A stretch of 37,383 nt of DNA from Hyphomicrobiales bacterium (GTDB lineage Bacteria; Pseudomonadota; Alphaproteobacteria; Rhizobiales; JALURZ01), in contig JALURZ010000041.1 of the NCBI GenBank assembly GCA_027058735.1, positions 1-37,383 of the forward strand. Direction: 5' to 3'. The notes under the pieces were generated by a model, which had not been told where the DNA came from, ran no database searches, and saw only the letters and a program-made list of their open reading frames with translations. This document shows positions 1 to 7,715 of this stretch, in pieces. Both the position numbers and the translations under genes were made by a program. Position 1 is the stretch's first letter. The number at the start of each line of letters is the position of its first letter.

Positions 1-47
1 GATTGGCGGTGACCGCGGGGAGCCCCTCCCCGCGGTCACCGCCAATC
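1..47. repeat. Perfect 21-bp inverted repeat (stem-loop) at the window edge
   Basis: GATTGGCGGTGACCGCGGGGA (1-21) and TCCCCGCGGTCACCGCCAATC (27-47) are exact reverse complements, separated by the 5-nt spacer GCCCC. No T/U tract follows on either strand, so it is not a canonical intrinsic terminator. Confidence 0.8.
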
Positions 48-420
48 GCGTCCAGCTCGCGCTTTGCGCCTGCAATCTTGTTTGCGGAAGAGTGCCGCAT
101 CTTTCACTCTCCTGATGGACCCGCGGCCGCCCGCCGCTCGGACTGATCGCGAATCCCAGGACATGGTAGTAACAACTATTTCGTTAGTAAAGACAAAATT
201 GCAACTTTATCGTGATTTTCCGTTTGCCGGCTTGCCCCGCTACGGCCCCGTGCAGACGGGCTTTCCCATCTTGCATTTGACAGACCTGTAACATTTGACC
301 ATTTTCTGGGCCGCGGATCAGCGTGGCAATGAGAGCTTGCATCGCGCTGGCGGAAGCTTATCTGTTGTCACCAGCGCGCCGCGATGTTGTCGCGACGGCC
401 AATCAGGACATTGACCCCCA

Positions 421-3000
421 ATGAATGTGGTTGTGGTGGAATCGCCTGCCAAGGCGAAGACGATCAACAAATATCTGGGTCCCGGCTACCGGGTTGTGGC
501 GTCCAATGGCCATGTGCGCGACCTGCCCTCCAAGGACGGTTCGGTCGATCCCGATGCCGACTTCGCCATGAAATGGGAGACCGACCCCAGGTCGAAGGCC
601 CGGCTGAAGGAAATCGCCGAGGCGGTGAAGTCCGCCGACAAGCTCATTCTCGCGACCGATCCCGACCGCGAGGGCGAGGCCATCTCATGGCATGTGTTGC
701 GGGTGCTGGAACGGAACAAGGCGCTCACGGGCAAGACCGTGGAGCGGGTCGTGTTCAACGCCATTACCCGCAATGCGGTGTTGGAGGCGATGAAAAACCC
801 GCGCGAGATGCACACGCCACTGGTGGAGGCCTATCTGGCGCGCCGGGCGCTGGACTATCTTGTGGGCTTCACCCTGTCGCCGGTGTTGTGGCGCAAGCTG
901 CCGGGGGCGCGCTCGGCGGGCCGCGTTCAATCGGTGACACTGCGGCTCGTCTGCGACCGGGAACTGGAGATCGAATCCTTCCGCTCGCGCGAGTACTGGA
1001 CGATCGAGGCCCAGTTGAGCACCGCGTCCGGCGAGACGTTCTCAGGCAGGCTGCATGCCATTGAGGGCAAGAAACTCGACAAGTTCGACATCGCGGATGC
1101 CGCTTCGGCCAAGGCCCTGAAGGCGCAGATGGACACTGGCACCTTCCACGTCGATGCAATCGAGAGCAAACCGCAACGCCGCAACCCGCGCCCGCCGTTC
1201 ACCACATCGACCCTCCAGCAGGAAGCATCGCGCAAGCTGGGGTTCTCCTCCAAGCGCACCATGCAGACCGCACAGCGGCTCTACGAAGGCATCGCCATCG
1301 ATGGCGAATTGCAGGGCCTGATCACCTATATGCGCACGGACGGCGTGCAGATTGCCGGCGAGGCCGTTGCCGCGTGCCGCAACGTCATTCAGAAGACCTA
1401 TGGGGAAGCCTATGTGCCGGGAACGGCGCGGGTGTACAAGACCAAGGCGAAGAACGCCCAGGAAGCCCATGAAGCGATCCGCCCCACGGATCTCACCCGT
1501 CTGCCGGAATCGGTCCGAAACATCCTGGAAGAGGACCAGGCACGTCTCTATGACCTGATCTGGAAGCGCACCGTCGCCAGCCAGATGGAAAGCGCCACGC
1601 TCGAGCGCTCATCCGCCGATATCGTCACCAGAGGCAAGGACGGCAAGCGCTATGCGCTGCGCGCGACAGGCTCGATCATCCGTTTTGACGGGTTCCTGAA
1701 ACTCTATCAGGAGGGACAGGACGACGCCGGCGACGCGCAGGACAGCCGCCGGCTTCCGGCCCTGGCCCGCGATGAGCGGATCGGATTGCGGAAACTCGAA
1801 ACCCTGCAGCATTTCACCGAGCCGCCGCCGCGCTATACCGAGGCGACCCTGATCAAGCGCATGGAAGAGCTGGGGATCGGACGGCCCTCCACCTATACCT
1901 CTACCCTGAGCGTGCTGCGCGAGCGCGATTATGTGCGCCTGGAGAAAAAACGCCTTGTCCCCGAAGACAAGGGCCGCCTGGTGACCGCGTTTCTGGAAAG
2001 TTTTTTCGAACACTACGTGGAATATGATTTCACCGCCGCGCTGGAACGCGATCTTGACCGCATTTCCAATGGCGAGGTCGATTGGAAGACCGTGTTGCGC
2101 GATTTCTGGCGCGATTTCTCCAAGGCCGTGGAAGACATCGCCGACCTGCGCATCAGCGAGGTTCTCGACGCCCTCAACGACATTCTGGCTCCGCATATCT
2201 TCCCCATTGGCGAAGATGGCAAGGATGCCCGCGACTGTCCGTCATGCGATGATGGCAGGCTCAGCCTCAAGGTCGGAAAATTCGGCGCCTTTGTCGGCTG
2301 TTCCAACTATCCCGAATGCCGCTTCACCCGGAAACTGACCGAAAACGGCGAGGAGGCCGCGCCCGGCGCCAACGGCAAGGACCATGTTCTGGGCCAGGAC
2401 CCGGACACCGGTCTTGATGTATTGCTGCGCTCCGGGCGCTTTGGCCCCTATGTCCAGCTCGGTGAGGCGCTCAGCGGCGAAAAGCCGAAGCGCTCAGGGC
2501 TGCCCAAGGACCAGAACCCCGATGAGGTGACCCTCGAACTCGCCTTGCGGCTGTTGTCGCTGCCGCGCGAGGTGGGTCTGCACCCTGAAACCGGCGAGCC
2601 TATTTGCGCGGGCCTCGGGCGCTACGGGCCATTTGTTCTGCACCGGAAAGTGTATGCGAATCTGGACAGTTTTGAAGAGATTTTTACCGTCGGCCTCAAC
2701 CGCGCGGTCTCGCTGCTCGCCGAAAAAGCGGCAAAGCGCCGGGCCGGCCCCAAAGCGCTCAAGGAACTGGGAGAACATCCGGATCTGGGCGGGCCGATCC
2801 AGATCATGGACGGGCGCTACGGGCCTTATGTGAAACACGGCAAGATCAATGCGACCCTGCCGAAGGATCTGGAGCCAGACGCGGTGACGCTGGAGCTTGC
2901 CATCGGCCTGATCGCCCAGCGCGCCGAAAAATCCGGCGCCAGGAAAGGCGGCCGGAAAAAACCCAAAAAGACCGCCAAAGCCAGAGCCGCCAAGACTTGA
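421..3000 (+). CDS. topA: DNA topoisomerase I
   Basis: 859-aa ORF with an ATG start. It has an N-terminal TOPRIM region (VVVESPAKAKTINKYLG), the active-site Tyr motif ITYMRTDG, a C-terminal Cys-rich zinc ribbon (CPSCDDGRL...CSNYPEC) and a Lys-rich tail. Confidence 0.97.
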   Translation: MNVVVVESPAKAKTINKYLGPGYRVVASNGHVRDLPSKDGSVDPDADFAMKWETDPRSKARLKEIAEAVKSADKLILATDPDREGEAISWHVLRVLERNKALTGKTVERVVFNAITRNAVLEAMKNPREMHTPLVEAYLARRALDYLVGFTLSPVLWRKLPGARSAGRVQSVTLRLVCDRELEIESFRSREYWTIEAQLSTASGETFSGRLHAIEGKKLDKFDIADAASAKALKAQMDTGTFHVDAIESKPQRRNPRPPFTTSTLQQEASRKLGFSSKRTMQTAQRLYEGIAIDGELQGLITYMRTDGVQIAGEAVAACRNVIQKTYGEAYVPGTARVYKTKAKNAQEAHEAIRPTDLTRLPESVRNILEEDQARLYDLIWKRTVASQMESATLERSSADIVTRGKDGKRYALRATGSIIRFDGFLKLYQEGQDDAGDAQDSRRLPALARDERIGLRKLETLQHFTEPPPRYTEATLIKRMEELGIGRPSTYTSTLSVLRERDYVRLEKKRLVPEDKGRLVTAFLESFFEHYVEYDFTAALERDLDRISNGEVDWKTVLRDFWRDFSKAVEDIADLRISEVLDALNDILAPHIFPIGEDGKDARDCPSCDDGRLSLKVGKFGAFVGCSNYPECRFTRKLTENGEEAAPGANGKDHVLGQDPDTGLDVLLRSGRFGPYVQLGEALSGEKPKRSGLPKDQNPDEVTLELALRLLSLPREVGLHPETGEPICAGLGRYGPFVLHRKVYANLDSFEEIFTVGLNRAVSLLAEKAAKRRAGPKALKELGEHPDLGGPIQIMDGRYGPYVKHGKINATLPKDLEPDAVTLELAIGLIAQRAEKSGARKGGRKKPKKTAKARAAKT

Positions 3001-5276
3001 CCAAACGCCCAAAACGAAAATCCGGCAAGAGCCCGGCGCAAGCGCCCGGTGAAGCGCAAATCCTTGAATTCATCCAGTCGCAGCCCGCCCGCGTGGGAAA
3101 GCGGGAAATCGCACGCGCTTTCGGCATCCGGGGTTCTGCCCGCATCGATCTGAAAAAGCGCCTCAAGGAGATGGCCGAAAAAGGCCTGATCGCGCGTTCG
3201 AGGAAACGCCTGCACGACCCGTCCTGCCTGCCCCCGGTCGGCGTGCTCGAAATCTTCGCCCTCGATGAGGAAGGCCTGCCACTGGCCCGCCCCTCGTCTT
3301 GGGACGAGGCGCAATCCGGGCCGCCGCCGGGTGTGCTCATCGTCGGCCATGCGCGCGGGTCCGGCAAGGTGCCCGCCGCCGGTATCGGTGACCGCGTTCT
3401 GGCGCGCATCGCCGCGGTCGCCGGTGAGCCCGCCTATGAAGGGCGCGTCATCCGCAAGCTGGAAAGCCGGCAGGTGGAGGTTTTCGGCGTCTTTCGCAAG
3501 GACCCTTCAGGCGCCGCCCATGTCGAGCCGGTCAACAAGAAGGCGCGCAACGATATCATCATCAGCCCCGGCGAGGAGGCCGGCGCGCAGCCGGGCGAAC
3601 TGGTGAGCGTGGAACTGCATCGCGGCCGGGCGCTCGGCCTGCCCCATGGCAAGGTGATCGCGCGCCATGACAAGGTGGACAGCCACAAATCGCTCAGCGC
3701 GATCGCAATCCAGGAGCATGGCATTCCCAACCGCTTCGGGCGCGATGCGCTGCGCGAAGCCAGGGCGCTTCGCCAGATCGCCACTGGCGAGCGGCGCGAC
3801 CTGACCAGCCGGCCCCTGATTACCATCGATCCGGCGGATGCCCGCGACCATGACGATGCGATCTGGGCGCAACCGCGGAAAGCCGCGGGCCGGATCACCG
3901 GCTGGGACGTGACCGTTGCCATCGCCGATGTGGGGGCCTATGTCGCGGAAGGTAGCCCTCTGGACGAAGAAGCGAGAACACGGGGCAATTCGGTCTATTT
4001 TCCCGACCGTGTCGTGCCCATGCTGCCTGAGGAACTGTCCGCCGGTCTGTGCTCCCTGAAGCAGGGCGAGCCGCGCCCTGCTCTCGCGGTGCACATGCGC
4101 TTCGATACCGACGGCAACAAGCGCGAACACCGGTTCGAGCGGATCATGATGAAATCGGCGGCGGGCCTGTCCTACTCCCGGGCCCAGGCGGCCATCGACG
4201 GCAACCCGGACAGCGAGACAAAGCCGCTTCTGGAACCGGTTCTGCGCCCGTTATGGGGCGCCTATGAGGCCTTGGCGCGTGCGCGCGAGCGCCGCCAGCC
4301 TCTGGAACTCGACCTGCCCGAACGGCGTATCCTGTTCGATGCGAAAGGCCATATGAGGGGCGTCAGCGTGCCTGAGCGCCTCACAGCCCACCGTCTGGTG
4401 GAAGAATTCATGATCCAGGCCAATATTTCCGCCGCCGAAACCCTGAAAGCGAAGCGGGCGGCCACCATCCACCGGTTTCACGATGAGCCTTCGGAGGAAA
4501 AACGCCGCGCCCTTGCCGATTTTCTGAAAACCCTCAATATCAAGCTGTCCCCCTCCGGTGCGCTCAGGCCGCATCATTTCAACGACATTCTGAACAAGGC
4601 AAAGGGGCGCAATATGGACCATCTGTTGTCGCAGGTGATCTTGCGCAGTCAGGCGCAGGCCATCTACAGCAGCGAACTGTCGGGTCATTTCGGGCTGAAC
4701 CTGCGCGACTATGTGCATTTTACCTCGCCCATCAGGCGCTATGCGGACCTGGAGGTGCATCGCACGCTGGCAGCCATTCTGGACGGTTCGTGGAAACCGC
4801 CCGATGGCGCACGGGCCGAAGCCCTGGCGGAAACCGCCAGCCATATTTCGGTGACCGAACGCCGCGCGGTGGCCGCGGAACGCGATACCATGGACCGCAT
4901 GACGGCCTCTTTTCTGGCGGAAAAAATCGGCGCTCAATTCGAAGGCCGTGTTTCGGGCGTCATTCGTGCCGGGCTGTTCGTGGAACTGACCGAGACCGGC
5001 GCGGACGGCTTCGTACCCGCGGCGACGATGCAACAGGACTACTTTCTGTTCGACGAAAAATCCCGCGCCCTGACCGGTGAACGCACGGGCGAAACGTTTG
5101 GATTGGGCGATTCCGTCACCGTGAAGATCGCCGAGGTGCGCCCTGTCGCGGGGGCCATCCGGTTTGAGATCGTCAGTCCCGGTCGCAAGGGCAAGGCGGT
5201 GCGCAAGACAGCGCGCCGGACCGCGTCACGGGGCCGTCCGCGCGGCCGCGGACAAAAACGGCGGCGGCGGTCATGA
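2997..5276 (+). CDS. rnr: Ribonuclease R (3'-5' exoribonuclease, RNB family)
   Basis: 759-aa ORF with a conserved N-terminal region (ILEFIQSQPARVGKREIARAFG), the RNB motif DPADARDHDDAI, a C-terminal S1-like region and an Arg/Lys-rich tail. The only in-frame start upstream of the conserved N-terminus is TTG at 2997, which overlaps the topA stop (TTGA). Confidence 0.93.
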   Translation: MTKRPKRKSGKSPAQAPGEAQILEFIQSQPARVGKREIARAFGIRGSARIDLKKRLKEMAEKGLIARSRKRLHDPSCLPPVGVLEIFALDEEGLPLARPSSWDEAQSGPPPGVLIVGHARGSGKVPAAGIGDRVLARIAAVAGEPAYEGRVIRKLESRQVEVFGVFRKDPSGAAHVEPVNKKARNDIIISPGEEAGAQPGELVSVELHRGRALGLPHGKVIARHDKVDSHKSLSAIAIQEHGIPNRFGRDALREARALRQIATGERRDLTSRPLITIDPADARDHDDAIWAQPRKAAGRITGWDVTVAIADVGAYVAEGSPLDEEARTRGNSVYFPDRVVPMLPEELSAGLCSLKQGEPRPALAVHMRFDTDGNKREHRFERIMMKSAAGLSYSRAQAAIDGNPDSETKPLLEPVLRPLWGAYEALARARERRQPLELDLPERRILFDAKGHMRGVSVPERLTAHRLVEEFMIQANISAAETLKAKRAATIHRFHDEPSEEKRRALADFLKTLNIKLSPSGALRPHHFNDILNKAKGRNMDHLLSQVILRSQAQAIYSSELSGHFGLNLRDYVHFTSPIRRYADLEVHRTLAAILDGSWKPPDGARAEALAETASHISVTERRAVAAERDTMDRMTASFLAEKIGAQFEGRVSGVIRAGLFVELTETGADGFVPAATMQQDYFLFDEKSRALTGERTGETFGLGDSVTVKIAEVRPVAGAIRFEIVSPGRKGKAVRKTARRTASRGRPRGRGQKRRRRS

Positions 5277-5971
5277 CCCGCATCCCCCCCCATTTGCGCC
5301 CGCGCGACGCGGCAAGCCTCATCATCGCGCGGCGCGGCGATGGTCCCATGCAGGTCCTCATGGGCGAGCGCCACCCCGACCATGTGTTCATGCCCGGCCT
5401 GTTCGTCTTTCCCGGCGGGCGCGTCGATCCCGGCGACGGGCGGGTCCGGCCGCTGAGCGACCTGTCGCCGCGCGTCGAGCGTTTGCTGGGAAAGCGCACC
5501 GGCAAGCCCGCGCGCGCGCGGCGTGCGCGCGCGCTGGCCATGGCCGCCGTCCGCGAGACATTTGAGGAGACCGGCCTGATCGTCGGCGCGCCGGCCACCC
5601 TGCGCACGCGTTCGGCGGGCTGGAGGCCATTTTGCGATACCGGATGCGCGCCGGTGCTGGCGCCCCTGGAATTCGTCTATCGCGCCGTCACGCCGCCAAA
5701 CCGCACCCGGCGGTTCGATGCGCGGTTTTTCCTCGTCGATGCGACCCACATCCACAATCTCCACGATGCCGGCAGGACCGACAATGACGAACTGCTCGAT
5801 CTGCGCTGGCTCACCATCGAGGACGCCCTGACGCGCAAGACGGCCTTCGTCACCCGCTCGGTGCTAGAGGAAATACGCGACCATCACGCACAGCCCGGCA
5901 TGCGCCCGCGCCGCCCGGTGCCGTTCCGCTACCGCCGCCGGGGCCGCCTCGTCATCGAGCCCTTGACTTAG
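5273..5971 (+). CDS. NUDIX-family hydrolase
   Basis: 232-aa ORF whose ATG overlaps the rnr stop (ATGA). It has a partial Nudix box (FPGGRVDPGD ... AAVRETFEETGLIV). Confidence 0.8.
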   Translation: MTRIPPHLRPRDAASLIIARRGDGPMQVLMGERHPDHVFMPGLFVFPGGRVDPGDGRVRPLSDLSPRVERLLGKRTGKPARARRARALAMAAVRETFEETGLIVGAPATLRTRSAGWRPFCDTGCAPVLAPLEFVYRAVTPPNRTRRFDARFFLVDATHIHNLHDAGRTDNDELLDLRWLTIEDALTRKTAFVTRSVLEEIRDHHAQPGMRPRRPVPFRYRRRGRLVIEPLT

Positions 5972-6024
5972 GCCCGCCTTCGGGTACCTTGCGCCGCATC
6001 GAGCAGCCTTACAGGACATGACCC

Positions 6025-6192
6025 ATGGCAAAGGCCACCACAATCAAGATCAAACTGGTGAGCAGCGCGGACACCGGCTATTATTACGTGACCAAAAAGA
6101 ACTCGCGCACGATGAGCGAGAAGCTGACAATGAAGAAATACGATCCCGTCGCGCGCAAGCATGTGGAATTCAAGGAAGCCAAGATCAAATAG
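6025..6192 (+). CDS. rpmG: 50S ribosomal protein L33
   Basis: This ORF is below the 60-aa cutoff of the ORF track and was translated by hand. The product is [55 protein letters not shown] followed by a stop, a typical 55-aa alphaproteobacterial L33. Confidence 0.95.
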   Translation: MAKATTIKIKLVSSADTGYYYVTKKNSRTMSEKLTMKKYDPVARKHVEFKEAKIK

Positions 6193-6304
6193 GCTGATCT
6201 GCGCCCCGCACCCATCCCGATACAATATCCTCGATAATATGGCCCGCGCGCACCACCGGCGCGCGCCCTGCCGGTGGACGATCGTCCATCATTCACCGCT
6301 GTGC

Positions 6305-6378
6305 GAAAAAGAGAAAAGCGGTCGGCCCCCAATTCCGGCATCCACGAGGAGGCCACTCCAGCCGGCTGGGGGCCGACC
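6305..6378 (-). terminator. Strong rho-independent terminator (minus strand)
   Basis: On the minus strand a 12-bp perfect stem forms between GGUCGGCCCCCA and UGGGGGCCGACC (6367-6378 pairs with 6320-6331). An inner CCGGC/GCCGG extension lengthens it, and CGCUUUUCUCUUUUUCG follows (A-rich on the plus strand, 6306-6317). Confidence 0.7.
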
Positions 6379-6549
6379 TTAACCCTGCGGACTCAGGAGA
6401 TGCGGCGGACCTGAGTATCTCCACAGGGTATGCGATCTGAAAAAACCGCTTTGCTGGCGTTCTTCCCGAACCGGGTCGAGGAACATCCGCGATCTGCGAG
6501 CAGTTCCCGGGCCCGCATCCACAGGAGCGCAGCGCCTGCATTTTTCTGC
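6305..6549 (-). ncRNA. Candidate ~240-nt structured small RNA of unknown family (5' end approximate)
   Basis: A sigma70-like TTGAAT-N16-TACGAT lies on the minus strand at 6583-6556. Downstream are several hairpins, three CUCCU-containing motifs (plus-strand AGGAG at 6523-6527, GGAGA at 6396-6400, GAGGAGG at 6346-6352) and the terminator listed above. ORFs crossing the region look non-coding. Confidence 0.35.
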
Positions 6550-6648
6550 CCAGCCATCGTAAGTACGGCAGAGAAATATTCAAGATTTTACGGTTCAGAA
6601 TTTGAGTTATACGTGTTTTTAGTCAATCGATATGAATAACATTTTCGG

Positions 6649-6664
6649 TTAATATAATGTTAAC
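6649..6664 (+). promoter_or_regulatory. Exact match to the CtrA box consensus TTAA-N7-TTAAC
   Basis: The sequence TTAAtataatgTTAAC lies inside the ~150-bp AT-rich core. The match is by sequence only and no binding data are available. Confidence 0.3.
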
Positions 6665-6771
6665 TATTAAAATAAAAACGTTTACTTATATGCTTAATCA
6701 CTCTGGCTAATAATGCGGCGATGCGTCGCGCGCCGCCCGGCGGCGAAATCATCCGCGCGCGTGGTGCGCCG

Positions 6772-7590
6772 TCACGAGGCGGCCGGTTTGCGCAGGACGG
6801 CGCACAGGTAGACCTTCTTGCCGCTGCGGAACCGGGCGATCTCCTCGCGCGCGGCCGCGCCGGTAAACGAAAACGCGGCGGCCAGGCGGCGCAGGAGTAC
6901 CGGCACCCTGCGTCTGATCTGCCGCTGTTTTCGCGGATCGTCCAGTTCCAGCGCCCGCGCGACATTCTGTGAAATGTCGTCCAGCCTCAAGATCTCGTAA
7001 TTCAGATCCCGCAGGCGGCCCTTGAGCTTCGGCATCGCCTTGGCGCTGCGGTAGTCAGTAAACAGGAAATAGCCCCCTGGCCGCAAAACCCGGTGAACTT
7101 CCTCAAAGAACATCAACTGCCTGGGATAGTTGAACGACGATTCCACGTTGATGAGGATATCGCAACTGGCGTCCTCGAGCGGCAGGTCCTGCGCATCGCC
7201 AACCACGAATGACAGGCCCTCGCGCCCGGTGAACGTCCTGTTGCAGTAAGCGACCGATGCTTTGGCCAGATCGACACCGATCATGGACCTGGGCGCGAAC
7301 GTGTCGAACAGATAGGCCGCCCCGCCGCCCTGCCCCGAACTGACCTCGACCGCATCCTTGCCGGCCCAAGACACGGCCTGCGCAAGATTGTGATAGTGCT
7401 GAATCGGATAGCGGTGTTTTTCCAGATGGCCGGGCAGTTCAACAGTTTCCGGGTTTCCCGCCAGCGGCGCAAACCCGTGGTTCATGAAATTGAGGTCATC
7501 GCCCGTGTCGAAGCGCGAAATGGCTTCATACCAGCCGATCGCGACTTTGCGCTTGATCCCCTTGGGAAGCCGCTTCCACAATTTCAACAT
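6772..7590 (-). CDS. Class I SAM-dependent methyltransferase (Rv2952-like / Methyltransf_11-type)
   Basis: It has a SAM-binding Gly-rich motif (VEVSSGQGGGAAYL), an acidic loop (VVGDAQDLPLED) and VLRPGGYFLF. From memory it is collinear with phthiotriol/phenolphthiotriol dimycocerosate methyltransferase-type proteins. The start is ambiguous: ATG 7590 (MLKLWKR) is preferred over ATG 7686. Confidence 0.8.
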   Translation of the reverse strand: MLKLWKRLPKGIKRKVAIGWYEAISRFDTGDDLNFMNHGFAPLAGNPETVELPGHLEKHRYPIQHYHNLAQAVSWAGKDAVEVSSGQGGGAAYLFDTFAPRSMIGVDLAKASVAYCNRTFTGREGLSFVVGDAQDLPLEDASCDILINVESSFNYPRQLMFFEEVHRVLRPGGYFLFTDYRSAKAMPKLKGRLRDLNYEILRLDDISQNVARALELDDPRKQRQIRRRVPVLLRRLAAAFSFTGAAAREEIARFRSGKKVYLCAVLRKPAAS

Positions 7591-7715
7591 GGCGTGCCCG
7601 TCACTGCCCCGTCCGGCGCCGTTTTCCGCAAAACCGGACCGCCGCTGGCCACGACAATGCATCACGGCCGACGCCTGGCGCAACATGCTATCGCATCCGC
7701 GCGCCGTTCGACAGG

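Noticed and set aside
1-130. Possible coding sequence at the left edge, either a plus-frame ORF ending near 114 or a minus-strand ATG at 100 reading out of the window.
   Set aside because: Both frames run through the perfect palindrome and give unrecognisable peptides. This cannot be resolved without sequence to the left of the window.
6305-6549. Whether the structured segment is a known housekeeping RNA (SRP/4.5S, 6S, RNase P, tmRNA) or a riboswitch.
   Set aside because: I could not find the SRP GGAA/AGCAGCC core, the RNase P GAGGAAAGUCCGGGC motif or a tmRNA tag reading frame. There is also no downstream ORF in the right orientation for a riboswitch. A covariance-model search is still needed to be sure.
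6161-6583. ORFs of 73 aa (plus strand, 6161-6382) and 96 aa (minus strand, 6293-6583) in the rpmG/methyltransferase spacer.
   Set aside because: They have no RBS and their translations are Arg/Pro/Gly-rich. Both run straight through the long hairpin and terminator. The region is better explained as structured RNA.
6300-6715. The possibility that the AT-rich patch, the CtrA box and the two GCATCCAC (partial DnaA-box-like) motifs mark a replication origin.
   Set aside because: The DnaA-box resemblance is only 7 of 9 positions. There is a single CtrA box, and none of the genes I associate with alphaproteobacterial origins (hemE, parAB, dnaA or similar) is nearby. The GCATCCAC motifs are also part of the repeated sRNA-like motif.
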